Assembly (NCBI GenBank): GCA_964016885.1
Contig: OZ024752.1
Span: forward strand, 2,046,001 to 2,110,000
Reading direction: 5' to 3'
From: Eledone cirrhosa
Lineage: Eukaryota
Length of the DNA: 64,000 nucleotides
The notes under the pieces are model-generated. The model saw only the letters and a list, made by a program, of their open reading frames with translations. It was not told where the DNA came from and ran no database searches. Positions 28,534 through 42,430 of the stretch are shown one piece after another. Position 1 is the stretch's first letter. Each line of letters opens with the position of its first letter. The position numbers were made by a program, and so were the translations under genes.

Positions 28534-29232
28534 CTAACAGTGTATCCCGGTGTTGCACGGGTAAGAACATTGGTATAGCACCTCCAATGAGAAACGATTA
28601 TTTGTGAGTGCCTGTTAAAAACTCACCAAAATATACCGACAGGAAACTTTTTTATTTGGAGAAAATTAAGAAGTTGAAAGTACAGTTTAGTTGACTACGT
28701 GCATTGTTCATAGAAATATTGTTGAGCCCCTTCTTTTCATACTCCTCTGTTTTGGCCTATTGGAGTAAATGTGAAAGAGAAAGTCACAGGTTAAGTTGGC
28801 AGAAGGTTCCAGTGCAATAGCAGTAAGGCGTAGGCTACTTACCTCAAAAGTTCATTCACACTCTTTCCACTAAGTTACTCTTTCTCTCTATTCTTGTCGG
28901 TGCAGTCCCTTGCGAATTCCTTGCGTAGGCCCTTGGTGTAGATTTGCACCCGATCCATCTGCCCGATGCACACGTCCGCTTTGTACGGCATTTGGAGGAG
29001 TGACCAGCAGAACGTCGTCCGGTATTTTTACGAAAAGGTGTAGCAGAGAATACAGCGTGAACTAACAGCTGTGGAGGAAACCGCTTACCTCGAAGATTCA
29101 TTTGCCATCGTTCTTGCCAATGCCCCGTTTAGCTGGTATGTGTTGGTCTACAGTTAGATGAATGGCACACAAAGGGTTAATGTTTATTGTCAAGAAGTGC
29201 AACTGGGCTGGCTTGCCTCGCTTATATTATAT
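28534..29232 (-). mobile_element. Non-autonomous Helitron-like element
   Basis: Minus-strand 3' end cccgtgcaacaccggg hairpin followed by ..TTAG|t (CTAG-like); 5' boundary uncertain, near the TA-rich 29232. Confidence 0.55.
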
Positions 29233-29234
29233 AT

Positions 29235-29440
29235 TAAAATAACAGATTAAAGTTTAAGTAAAGAATTGCAGCTTTCACCCTTAACGGGATCTTCTGAAAC
29301 TAAAAAAATCGTCTGTGAACGCAGAAGTAATTATTTCGAAAAACGTTGCAACCGAAGGAAAACAGGAAGACGATACTTTGGTTCGTGAAAACGTTCCCTG
29401 GCAATGAACGGAAAATAGCGAACATAATACGTCATCAATG
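29235..29440 (-). mobile_element. Family E 3' fragment with CAGAAGA motif (29243-29315)
   Basis: Reverse complement of 27040-27243. Confidence 0.8.
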
Positions 29441-29679
29441 TTTGTCAGAATGTCGTAATGCAGACATACAGGCATACATACAAATATTATAAGGGCGCGA
29501 AGGAGATGGATAACCGGCACCTAACAACAGAAAATTGAAAAGCTGCAGTTAATATCCTTAGACCGCAAGGAATATATAAATGCTTGGAGTCTTCGGAGTA
29601 GATATGTGGATGTGTATAGAGTTTGCAATAATGAGGACACACACACACACAGACAACTACAGTTTTATATATATATAAT

Positions 29680-29930
29680 AAGGAGTTGACGGACCCAGTC
29701 TATTTATCAATGCCAGGACCGTTTCCATCTCAGCGTACTCAATAGGTAATATAGGATACATTCCGAGAGTATACACATAGTTATTCGCTTCAATACAACA
29801 CACGTAAAACGGGTGCCTATAATAGTTCCCGGATTCGAGTTTCGGCCACACTTAATGAGCAGTAGGGTGCACTGCATCCTCTGTCTGCATATATTATGCA
29901 ACAATGCATAATCGGCGTATGTGTTCATTT
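29680..29930 (-). mobile_element. PLE-type 3' tail fragment
   Basis: Minus strand TACTCtcgg..tattGAGTACGC, then ~50 nt to (TA)n. Confidence 0.45.
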
Positions 29931-29971
29931 ATTTGTGCCTGTATACATATATATATATATACATATATATA

Positions 29972-30490
29972 AGTTATTTCGAGTTGAATCGGAGGTAACC
30001 ACAGTAAGTAAGGTACTCAATACATAGCAGAGTATAACAGTTTTAATATAGAAGAGCTTCTATAGGACTAGAACTGTTTCATTCGTGAGACATCATCAGG
30101 GAGCTGGCTGTCCAAGTAAGGAGTGGTATTTATATATTTTCTTTTCTGGTGGTAGGAGAGGGTGGGGATGTTTGAAGGATTTAAAGAAAAGGGAATTCAT
30201 TAAAATCTAATTCTTTAATGCTATAGTACTAACAAAGGCAGGAAGAATACTGTAAACCAAATCATATTTGGAATACCAATCCTAGTTTATCACTTAGACT
30301 AACGATGCCTGTAAAACAGGTGTCTATAGGATGGGTGAGTTGCAATGGTTTAAAGAAAAGGGAAATTGTTTAGAAGCTAATTCTTTAAGACTGGAATAAG
30401 GGTGAGAAAGGCAGAAAGGGTTCCATCAACAGATTCAAGTGTTGAGGTGATTCCTCTTATTGTGAAGTTTCTCTTAATATATATTCTAGG
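29972..30490 (-). mobile_element. Family C pLTR fragment with hammerhead (30055-30105)
   Basis: Homologous to 49803-49935; minus strand agctcc-CTGATGA-tgtctcacgaat-GAAACagttctagtcctaTA-gaagct. Confidence 0.75.
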
Positions 30491-30653
30491 TGTCAACAAG
30501 CACATTCAAACACTCACCGACTTACACACGTACACACACATACACGCACGCACACACAGGCAGGCACACACACAACCATACATAATAGTACGTACACACA
30601 TACACATATACACATATATACACATATATATATACATACATACAAATATGTGT

Positions 30654-30716
<63 letters not shown>

Positions 30717-31191
30717 TATCTATCTATATATCTATATCTATATATATATATTGTTATACTTTGGGAGAGTCATGTTGCCAATAGGAAACACACGCACCAG
30801 GTGCTTTCACTTCAATTTGTTATAATAAATTTATAAATTTAGGAATTTATAAATTTCCCGTTGGTTGGTTGGTTGGTTGGTTCCACAACCAGACGATTGT
30901 TCATATATTGTCAAAGTTCTTTCGTCACACATTATGTGACCTCTTCCATCTTGTTTTTGTGTGTGTTGTGTGCATAGTTTGCGCATGTTACATCAGGGTG
31001 TCTGCGTGTGTTTATATTTGTTTATTTATTTGTTTCTTTACATGTTACTGATTGGTTGTTTGTTCTATGTGTGTGTGAGTTTTCATTTTGTCCTTAATTG
31101 TAAGTTGTGATGTTGCTATTCCATTCATGCTTTCTATATCGGTTTCAACACACGTATCCAGATAAAGAATCTTGCTAAACAAATTCACAAA

Positions 31192-31266
<75 letters not shown>

Positions 31267-31281
31267 CACACATATATACAT

Positions 31282-31424
<143 letters not shown>

Positions 31425-31449
31425 AATATATATATATATATATATATAC

Positions 31450-31504
<55 letters not shown>

Positions 31505-31519
31505 CATTATTGGCAGTCT

Positions 31520-31790
31520 GCCAATACTGGAATTGAATAATCAAGACCGTAGTGGTATGTCATATATCAAATCATATATTTTGTCCGATGAGGACGTACT
31601 GAAAAAACAACACAGTACCTTTGAAATATATATAATAAAGTATATATTTTGATTATGAGAATATTTTTCATTTGTTAATATTTTGAATAATATTAGAAAC
31701 TCCAGGAAAACTCCCCGGTCGAGTGCTTCCAATCTATTGTAAAATTGTATTTATTGAGTAATCAACGAACCATACTAATCTTTGGTCACA
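31520..31790 (+). mobile_element. pLTR fragment with degenerate hammerhead (31580-31639) and tail hairpin (31698-31728)
   Basis: tttgt-CCGATGA-ggacgtactg..cagtaccttt-GAAA-tatata-TA-ataaa; AACTCc..GAGTGCTT. Confidence 0.6.
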
Positions 31791-31868
31791 CACATATATA
31801 CATATAAAAAATATATAAACACATACATACACACCTAAATATACATATATATATATAATGGATTTCCA

Positions 31869-32214
31869 TTTATCTGAGGGTTCTAAAGCCCACTAACAGG
31901 CTAACATTTCATTAGTCAAAAATACGGTGAAAGCTTCTATTTCTAATTTCAAACTTGCTCACTGTTTCAAAACAAACATACTTACTTGTCATTATACTTA
32001 CTAAGAATGTAACTTCTAATTTGAATGGAAGAAGATGAGTGATGAGTTGGTGTAATGGTAGCACAGTGGCCTGGATAACCCAATATTTGGGTTCGACTCC
32101 CATGTACGTCAATACTCATCTTTTTCTATTTATCTGAGGGTTCTAAACCCCACTATCAGGCTTAAATTTCTCTAGTCAAAAATACGGTGAAAGCTTCTAT
32201 TTCTAATTTCAAAA
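31869..32214 (+). mobile_element. tRNA-like sequence (32041-32111) between ~85-bp direct repeats
   Basis: A box TGGTGTAATGG and B box GGTTCGACTCC, D and T stems intact, anticodon arm broken; repeats at 31869-31953 and 32129-32214. Confidence 0.6.
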
Positions 32215-33789
32215 CAAACATACTTATATAAATATATGTATGTGTGTGTGTGTGTTTGTGTGTGTCAAATAGAAAGAAGGACTGTTTCATGCGTTTTATT
32301 GAGGACAAATAGTGAAAGAAATGGAAACAGTCAACGTTACTTTATATGTGTTTTGATTGTCGTATAATCATATGGTGTTGATAGTAATGACAGGCTTTTA
32401 TTACGAGACTTTAAATCTACGAAATATACCACTGCAATGTTATTTACCTATCCGCCTTTGATATGCCACTGAACGGTGAGTTGCAAGTGCGCCCAACATA
32501 ATGGAGTTGTCTAGATGTACTCATTGCAAGGATTATTCAGAACACCAGATTAAGTGAAAAGCAACAGCTGCCAGTGTTGCTATTCCTTTACCTTTTTTTT
32601 TATTCTGATTTGAATCGTCTAATTGAAAAAATTGTTTTTTGCCAACAGTTTTCAAAAGACCGACATACATTTTCGATACACCCCCTACGTGCTTTGATTG
32701 AAAAGTGTTCTTCTCAATATCATTAACGATTTTAACCACCCAAGCTTCTCTCATGTGTTCTTTAACGAAAACAACATATGATAAATAGAATATATTTTGT
32801 ATATATACGAGAGCCTTTCCACTTCATACAAATAGGCTTTGTGGCTTCGTTTTTTAAATCTATATAATACCGTTCATATGTATTAATGCAAGTCACGATA
32901 TTCTGTTTGTTTATCATAGGGGATAGGATATCTCCAGGCCTTCAAATATCTTCTTTTGTTATTAAATTCTACATTTCCAATGCTGTAGATTTACAGAACT
33001 TTCAGAATTCCATTGCATCTATTAAATCTCTACAGTTGTTTATGTGTTTTTAATTTAATTCTTTTTAATGCTGTTTTTGAGAGATTGGCTGAGAGAATTA
33101 TTTTTAGATACTTTTTAATATTTATTTTCTTCTATGTATGTTTTACTTACTGTACTAACTATTAACAGAATAGATACTTGTCCATATGTCTGGATATTTA
33201 GAAAACCACGCAGTACACATTTAGATCATCTGTAGATTCACATTCAATGGTTTTCAGGGGATAGAATATTCAAATCGTACGTGAGGTCACCTAAAGTTCG
33301 TACCACATTGAAAAAGGATTTCGATTTTTTTCTTTTACCTTAAGAGTATTGTTATATTTCTATTTTTAGTATTCCATGTTTTACTCATCCAGTCCATTTT
33401 CACTTCTAAACACGTACTATGAAAATAAATCAATAACCGAAAACTTCCCATTATCCGCTGTTTATATCCTTCGTAATTTATATTTGAACAACCCCACATA
33501 CTTTATTCATCTTACATACAACGGAATCAAATTTCTGTTACAATCATTTTTTTCTTCTCTATTTTTAATGCTAAAAATCCCATGAACATATAAGTTTGAT
33601 ATTATATTTCCGGTCTAATAATCGACAATGTTGAACGTAATTATGACACAAACAAAATGTATTTGTGATAACAAATATTAAAACTGAATACGAACCAAGT
33701 TGCACAGTGCAATAAAAAACTAAGTTATAAAAGTTACCTGTTCCGAAAATCCCATACTGAGCAATTACTCATATTTTTTACATGTTTTA

Positions 33790-34490
33790 GGCTGATGGAT
33801 TGGCAGTATCAGTAGAACCTCGGATATGCTATATAATAGAGTTATGTCCCTTTACGATCTGCGTTCAAATTCTGCTGAGGTTAGCTTTGCCTTTCATCTT
33901 AAAAGTATCAATAACCTAAAGATTCAGTAATGCAATGGCGCCGATTTAATAGAATTACCCGCCCCCGAAATTGTTGGTCTTTCGCCTAAAACAGAACCCA
34001 ATATTTTTCACGTTTTAGGGCGGTGGATTGGCAGTATAGGTAGAGCGTCGGACAATATGCTTAATTGCATAGAGTTACGCCCCCTTACGATATACGTTCA
34101 AATTCTGCTGAGGTTACCTGTGCCTTTCACTTTAACACTCTCAATAACCTAAATATCCAGTAATACAGTGGCCGATTTACGATATGAGTTCAAATCCCGC
34201 CGATGTAAGCTATGTGGGGTCGATAGAATAAAGTATCATTAATACACTTAGGGCGATTTTATCAATTTTCCCCTCCCATGAAATTGTTGGCATTGTGCCT
34301 AAAACTAATATTCACGTTTTAGAAAGTTACGGGAGATAACTCCAGAAACCTTTCGGTTATTTCATGATTTTATTAATGTACACATTCCGCCGAGGTTAAC
34401 TTTGCCTTTCATCGATACGCGGTCGTTAAAATAAAGTACCAGTAATACACTGGGATAATTCCTAGACTTGTGCCAAAAGTAGAAACAATT
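33790..34490 (+). mobile_element. Cluster of ~4 decayed tRNA-derived SINEs (octopus OK-like, from memory)
   Basis: Repeated gttcaaattc(t/c)gc(t/c)gaggtta.ctttgcctttca..aaagtaccag..ttgtgcc.aaa units at ~33790, 34018, 34177 and 34385. Confidence 0.75.
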
Positions 34491-35390
34491 ATCTATATTG
34501 TTACGTCTTAAAGATAATAGCATTTATAAATCCTATACTACAGTTGTGTTTATATTTCTTCTGTGACGGTAAAAAATAACAGAATGTTTCCTTGAAATAT
34601 AATGTAATCATCACAATGTCTATTTTATATGAATGCATTTCTTTCTGGAACCTGGTCTAAGGTGTGTGAAAACATTCTCACACACGATATATATACTTCA
34701 GTAAGCTATCATCGAATGTATATGTAAAGATTAATACATTTCATTAAGATATGAAGGATTTTGCATACGGATTTGATATTAAATATTAATAACAAGAAAA
34801 ATCTCTCCGTATAATGAAGGCAAACGTTTTTCTACTTCTTTCCCTACCTATTTATATGTCACCACACTTATACCTCACAACAATACGTATATGTAACTAA
34901 GCAAAACGTATTCATGTATTGTGGAACATGCTTTTTTTTTCTTTCATTCCAACAAAGGCAAGCAAGCGCACAATTTTCAAGGTACACTTTTAATCTCTTA
35001 CCTGTTCCAGCTGACTGACTGAGGTCATGCTGGAGCACCACCACTTGCAGTCTTCGCAGATCACGTCTACCAAATTTCAATCAGAATTTATTGGTCGGTC
35101 ATCCGTAGGTTCTAGATGGATATACTTGCTGAGAATGACTGGGAGAGTGATTGAACGTGAGACTTGTGTGTTCAAAGCCCATTTAATATACATTCACACA
35201 TGCATTTTAACTATATGTGCGCCTGCATATTTGTTCAAATTTACTGCTGCTTGTGAATGGTTTATGAATTAGACTTGCTTATTCCCTACACAGAAGTTAC
35301 CAATAATATTAATGTTTATATATTTAAAAGAATACTGATCTTGCTTTGTTTGTATGAGGCGGTAAAATGTTACGAAATTTAAAATTAATC

Positions 35391-35565
35391 ATTGTTTCTA
35401 CTTTTGTCACAAAGCCAGCAATTACTGGTACTTTATCGTATCGACCTCGTAAGGATGAAAAGCAAAATTATCCTCGGTGGGATTTGAACTCGGAATGGCA
35501 AGGGCCATAACTGTATGTGTCAAAGTTTGGCGTCCGACCCTCTACCGATACTGCCAATCCACCTA
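35391..35565 (-). mobile_element. SINE of the same family
   Basis: ggtactttat..tcgacctcgtaaggatgaaaagcaaa..cctcggtgggatttgaactc..ctgccaatcc. Confidence 0.75.
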
Positions 35566-38500
35566 CTTAAATTTAATAATGTATTCAGTCAGACAAAATC
35601 AAGATTTGGTATAATTTTTGTGTAAAACTATTTGTCATTATTTTGAAATATTTAGTTTATTCCTTATTAATTCTTTATAATCTTATGTCATGATTACGCT
35701 TTTATACAGTAAGTGATGCATATTGCCCATTCAGAATCACATCTAGAAATAGGAAGCACCAACGGAACACATATGCTACACTTGTAGAAATATAAATATT
35801 AGAACTAAACAATGAAGCAAAAAGAACACAGAAATAGAGCCATACAAATCTGTGTTTGAATGACATTTCCATATAATTTTATCTGACAAATATATCCTCA
35901 ACTCCACAATATCTCTAATTCATATTATACAATTGAAGACAGCCATAGTATAAGACGAAATATATGTATATGAGCTATCAAGAATAGAAATAAAATACAA
36001 TATATAAATAAAACTGAACAGTGGAAAAAATATCATTGATGTTAGCATGGTGATACGAAATGCAAAGTAGACTAGAGTGATTCCTAAAATATAACAGCAT
36101 TTAAATCAACAACACCATCGTCTCTGCAGAGTTTGTAAAAGAAAATCTATATCCTGTTATATTTTTGTAGATGACGCTTGTTTCCTTATGTTATTTTATT
36201 AATCCCATTTATCTTCTCGGTTATTCCTATTCTTTGAAACAAACAACCGTTGCAATTACATAATTACTGCTTTAAGCAAAATATCTAAATATAATTCCAA
36301 GGGAATCTATTCTCTAATATATGGGAAAAAAAACGCTATAAAACATTTCAAATGGAAGGAAACATATTCGTATTCCAAACATCATATGCAATAGTTTTAT
36401 TTTTCTCTCTTATTTATGTAAATGACTAAAGATAACACTCAGTCTATAAAAAAGATTACTCCTTCAAACAGAACTTGTACGTTGTAAATGGAATGATAAT
36501 ATGCGAGAATTCAACACAAATAATTATTTCCCGTTGTATTGTTGTGCTACTATTCACAATTTAAAATAATTTGAAGGAGGAGGTATGTATAAGTTCGTGG
36601 GTAGCAGATAAAGAAAATTACAGAACGAGGATAACAAAGAAAATTATATTTTGTGGCGAATAACTATAATGTAGAATAAAATCTTCCGTTTGAATAGTCA
36701 GCTGAATTACATACACATTCTCCTAAGGGATTTTAGAGTTTGAAAAAAATGTAGAACGACATATTGGAAATTATGTTACCTCATATGAAACGAGGCACTA
36801 GCGTTTATAAGGAAATATATAGCACAGCAGAGATAGAATAAAAGAAAGAGAAAAAAAAAACTGAAATACACGTTAGGACAGTAATGCGAGAAAAAACATA
36901 GAGAAACATGGAGTGACAAATATCACAAAATGTATTACAAAATAGCAAATGCCGAATCTGAAAAGAATTGTGGAATCGTACTAGTTTGAATAGAATGTGT
37001 TAAATAATTCAATTTTCGTTTCGGTATGGTAATAGCAGTGTTATTAAATGCATTGATGCAGAATACAGGCGATATACTTAAATATTGTATAATGAGCTCT
37101 TTTCTGTAGAATAAAGATTATTTTCTTTTATATTTTTATTGAAATATTTTAAATAATACACTGAAGGTGGTGAGTCTATCTAAAATGATTTATCTTGAGG
37201 GAAAAGGGGATATGGAAACAAGCTTAGACACACACACACACGCACACACACACACGTGTGGATGTGTATAGGGTTAAACTTGATATTATATTATAATTCG
37301 AGATGTATCAGAAGTGGTTGTCAGATGAAATTACCCGCGGAAGAGGATAACATATAAGTCGCTGGAAGAAAAGTGTGTCCAACAGAAAATAACGGAGGAG
37401 TGTTTTCATATTAGGCAATATGAACATATATAACCGGGGCAAGTTTTCTTATATGTACGCATAATTTAGATAGATAGTTAAATAGACAAAAATATGTATG
37501 GTTGATAGATGTCTAATAACAGAAAGAGAATGTGCAAAGGTGTAGACAGAAAATGCGTAAAATAGAAGGGAAAGATGCAGAGAAGAATGAAGAGAAATGA
37601 TATAGTGATATGATAATCGATATATGGCAAGTTATCTAATTACTGCTAATTTCCCATTCAATAAAACCTCGCAATATATCCAGGACAATTATCCATGTTA
37701 TGTTATCTGATAACTCATAGTATGATAATTAGCTTAAGAATTTGCTTGGATTGGTATAATGTATTATGTATATCTTAACTTAGTTTCCTTAGTTGATTTC
37801 TCACTCTGGCTTAGGAACTATTCATCATGTGCCGATATATAGTTATTAGGTTTAATATTTACATCGCGGTCAACGTTAAATTTGTCCAAATATAGACAGC
37901 CGTTTCTCTAAGTCATTGTTCTGAGCAATGAATGACCTGAATTGCATAACGACTTCAGATATTTTAGCTTTCAGCATGTAAGTCTGTTTTTCAATACTGT
38001 AAAGAAAACGGTCTCGATGAAATATGTTTACCGTAAATGAATACATTTTCATGATATTTGAAATGTACACATCATGCGACTTATTCCAGAACTACTGACA
38101 CCTACATTTGGAACCGAACAACAACGCATATAATTAGCCAGTTAAGTATACAATAGTTCATTACGAACTAAAGAAAAACTGATATTGTGATTTCCTCTAA
38201 TATTTCAATTCAACCGACCGATCTTAAATATGTCACAATGGTACATAATTGAATAAGTTTAAAATGTCGTATCTTATTCGCAATGATAAGAAAATTACTT
38301 CGTAAATTAACTATTCATATTTTTCAATTTAACAGATTTATTATTGATGTCAAGTGATATGTTGGAAAACAACATTCTCATGTCTGAACACAAGCTTATC
38401 AGAATATTTCAATGAATACTGAAAACAGTTATTTTGCTTCTCGGAAATTGCAATAGTTAATTATTCACAAAACGTTTAATTTGCAACAATTTTCGAAATC

Positions 38501-39149
38501 AGGCTGTTGACCGTAAAGACAATATACAAATTCCTGCAATAATCATGAAATATAGAACAGGTGCGAAACAGTTGAAATGAATTTACAACAAGCGTCATAA
38601 ATATCGTAAATATTTAAGTAAAAGTGCATATATATATAGTTCAAGGGTTTCCACAAGACGCAACATTCAATCATTCTGGATCCCTCCGATATATAACATG
38701 ACACATGCAGGATATGATTGAATAGACGATTTACTTTTATAATACATTCATGAAATATTATTTGTTATAAAGCATTTACGTAGATTAATTACCTGGTGAT
38801 CTCATCATTGTACAAACACACATTTTCGATAAACACTGACATTTTGAGTTTAATTACACTTAAAATAAAACCGTGAATAATTAATGTAAATTATCGGAAT
38901 GTTTACGTAATAGCTCCCCTTGTTATCAAGATGTAAAGTACTATCGTCACTAGATATTTCCATATAGTAGTACAAACCAAAGATCCTTAGATAAATTTGA
39001 AATGTCTTTTGCAGTATTATGGTCACCAATTCAGCAATTTGATATTTGTATATGAGTATTTTACAGTGCCAGCTTGCTACGTCTGTTGCGTATAAGGCCA
39101 TCGATGTCATCGAATGGAAAGGTAAAGGCAGCTTGGCACAGGCGACGTG

Positions 39150-39285
39150 GTATCACATTTCTATAGCTGATTGGAGCAACGTGAAATAATGTTTCTTGCT
39201 CAAGGATCCTACTCATCGCACGCCTGGGGATTCGAACTCAGAAACTTTGTAAATTCGAAACTCTAACCCCACTGAGTATTACGCG
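39150..39285 (-). mobile_element. Decayed tRNA-SINE fragment
   Basis: tggagcaacgtgaaataatgtttcttgctcaagga..ggattcgaactc, similar to 3215-3290. Confidence 0.6.
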
Positions 39286-39896
39286 ATAAATGTTCAGTTA
39301 TAGAGGGATATATTAAGTGGGTGGGTTCAGCTATTAGCTTCAATATAGCTCGAGAGCTGACAAGCAGAAATCATCGGGACTTGCGGACAGACATCTACTA
39401 CATACTAGAAAACTTAATACGTCCAGCATTGTAGGATAGGAAACAATTATACGTACTGGCTTCATCAAAGTAAATGGAATGTGAGTTCATTGTGCTACAA
39501 GTAAATTGTGTGCAGAATCTATCGTTATATAGCAGACATCAGTTTCAATCCGCACAGATATTATCTTTATTGAAATATTTGAAGATGGAGATTCTTCTTG
39601 CTAAATTCCAACGAGGAATGGATATTGTTATTTATTGTATTTATGATAATTTACAGTTATTCTAGTTTGTATAAAATATGTATATGTGGGTTTTTCTATA
39701 AATACTCAGGCTTGCATCCAGACTCAGGTACTGACAGTCACTGGCAAAACATGCGCAAAGACTCATACATATCGGAACACACACACATACACATTTTTAC
39801 GTAGGCATATTTATACTTGCTCCTATATATACATATGCATATGTATATATGTTTGTATGTATGAATATATATATGTATATATGTTTGTATGTATGA

Positions 39897-39934
<38 letters not shown>

Positions 39935-40015
39935 ATATGTATGTGCGTATGAATATATGTATATATGTATGTGCGTATGAATATATATATATGTACGTAT
40001 ATTATATGTATGTCA

Positions 40016-40945
40016 GGTCACTCTTGAGTGCTACTGGTAACATGTAACCCAGTTCAACCTGTCGCATGGTCGGGTCGTCGGCGACTAACCCGGCAACCCG
40101 ACCTAGTTTACTTGGTGAGGAGGTGATTTTGGACACCCTGCAGAACAAAAAACAAAATCTGACAAAGGGCGGTAGAACTCATAAGAATCAACGGCCATTC
40201 AAAGATGAGTAAATATGTATGTATGTATGTGTATGTATATGTGTATATAGATGGGTGCATTTGTAAGTATATGGGCAGGGACATAGAAATAGTCGTGCTG
40301 GACACCCTATCGCGTGGTTAAACCGCTGTGAGTGAAGGATCCCTAGCCTTTGTGAGGGCATACTTATAGGAGAATGCAACTCAGGAAACTGGGTTAACTC
40401 CGATATAAAACCTGCGGCTCAGTAGTTACCGATGATGTTGATCTTTTCTTCTTTTCGGGTATTAGCTACTGTCGCTCAGAGAGTGGGATTGGCTCAGTGC
40501 AGAGTCTTTCCTCACCTTAAAAAATATATTCACGCACAGGCATTGCTCGAGAGTATTAATTAATTGTTTCTACTTTTGGCACAAGGCCAGCAATTACCCA
40601 GTACATTACTGGTACTTTATTTTATCGACCCCGTAAGGATGAAAACCAAAGTTAACCTCGACGGGATTTGAACTCAGACCGTAAATGGACGTAACTATGC
40701 TGGAAAGTATGGCGTCCGACTCTCTACCTATAGTATTAATTAATAATTATTAATAATGGTATACGTGCAATGGCCATACTCGATAACGAGGGGGCAGCCA
40801 TCATCGTGTATGTATGAATATATATATATACTGTATATGTATGTATGTATGTATGCATGTATGTAATGTTCAGCACGTTGGTGGGGGTTCTCCTACATGG
40901 ATATAATGTAGTGGCCGTACTCGAAAACGAGTTGGCAGCCACCAT
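40016..40945 (+). mobile_element. RTE-derived element: 5' UTR (40016-40550) and 3' ends (40785-40806, 40870-40945), interrupted by a SINE
   Basis: Homologous to 20874-21428. Confidence 0.65.
40563..40731 (-). mobile_element. SINE (same family as 35391-35565)
   Basis: ttttggcacaaggccagcaatt..ctggtactttattttatcgaccccgtaaggatgaaa..gggatttgaactcag. Confidence 0.8.
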
Positions 40946-42289
40946 GTAATGTATACGTGTGGGTGTGTGTGTTTTGTGTTCACATCAACATATGATATAT
41001 AATGCATTTACATATACATGAGTAGATTAACATCCACCTTAAGGTTGACTTAATATTATGTTTTCACTTCTATATAAATATGCATACAGATTGTGTAGGT
41101 AATTACAGTCTCATGTAGCGAAATATTCTTCAGTTGCAGACTCTCCATAAATATCAGTGTGCTTCAGGTTAACATGAATATTTTATTTAGATTCTAAGAA
41201 ACTGTTATACGAATACACAGAGGTGATTTCGTCTTCTTTTCTGTCCTGCATAACTCAAAATATGAGTAACAAAATCGTTTTAAATAAGAGTTACTACGCT
41301 CATGGTTGTGCGGTCGTTAATAGTAGCATTCAAAATGTAAATGTTTAAACACATGATTATAATCTATATACAAATATATGATCTAAATAATGTAGCACAA
41401 AATATAACATAAAATATCTATTTTCCTCTCGACATGTCTATCTAATTCTTTCTGTAATTCTTCACCACTATACCTTCTATTTCTTTCTCCTCCCCTCTCT
41501 CTCTCACACACACACATTCAGACATATACAGCATATTCAATTTTATCGCATGCTTAAATATTTTCTTCCAAGAAAATCTGTATTATCTAGCTACAGAATC
41601 ATAAAGTATCAAATGTAGAAATAAATATATTTTACATTACCCATTGAAGCAGATAGTTACGTATGATACAGAAAATCTACAAATATCTGTGAATATGGTA
41701 AATAAAATCCATTTTAAATAATTGAAAACCTTCCTCGAAATAAAAGAATATTAAATAAATGAAATTTCCAAAGTATGTCACAAATTCAATGTAAAATTCC
41801 ATATAAACATATTGGAACATTATAATCTTTTAAAGCGAATTCTGAAATATTAATCGCATATATTTGACATGAAGTATGATACAGTAATATCAAAACGAAA
41901 ACAAGAGATATCGTACGGACCCAAAGATATAAAAATTGCCTTATAAAATAAGTATCTTAACTCCATGTTAAAATAAATACGCTAAATTATCTCTCAGTTC
42001 ATTGTCCAGCGTAATCGACGAAATAACTTAATACTAACCAGCACAAAGAAGATTGGTAAATAAATAAGTGAAATCACTCATTCTTGACTGAAATAAATGA
42101 TTACTGCATATTAATCATTAGATTTAGCTTTTGTAATAGAATACTCTCTTAGAATACTAATGTAGGGAATGATAAAGACAACGGAAAATAGAACTTATTA
42201 TGATTTCCAACTCTCATAATCAAATTAGCTTCATAAGCTCTCGTATTGTATGATTATATTATATATTCGTGGATGCAACATTGCGTAGA

Positions 42290-42430
42290 CTTTCGCATCA
42301 AAATCATTATGTTCCGGGTACGAACTTACTGCGTGGCATCATGAGCAAATGAAAATTACCATATCACAGGAACGACCCATGCTTTGTCAGTGTAATTTGA
42401 TAAAGAAACAATGACTGGAGGCTCATTGGA
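42290..42430 (+). mobile_element. Highly decayed SINE
   Basis: gttccgggt..actgcgtggca.c.tgagcaa..cgacccatgctttgtcagtg..tttg pattern resembles an abundant octopus SINE (from memory). Confidence 0.45.

Noticed and set aside
28856-29101. 81-aa ORF inside the Helitron-like element
   Set aside because: No recognisable domain in any frame
29825-29890. Hammerhead on minus strand (GAAActcgaaTC)
   Set aside because: No matching CUGANGA-type box with stem I could be placed
32041-32111. Functional tRNA gene
   Set aside because: The anticodon stem does not pair and the acceptor stem is weak; kept only as tRNA-like
33790-34490. CRISPR-like repeat array
   Set aside because: The units are long diverged SINE copies with no constant repeat/spacer structure, in a eukaryotic context
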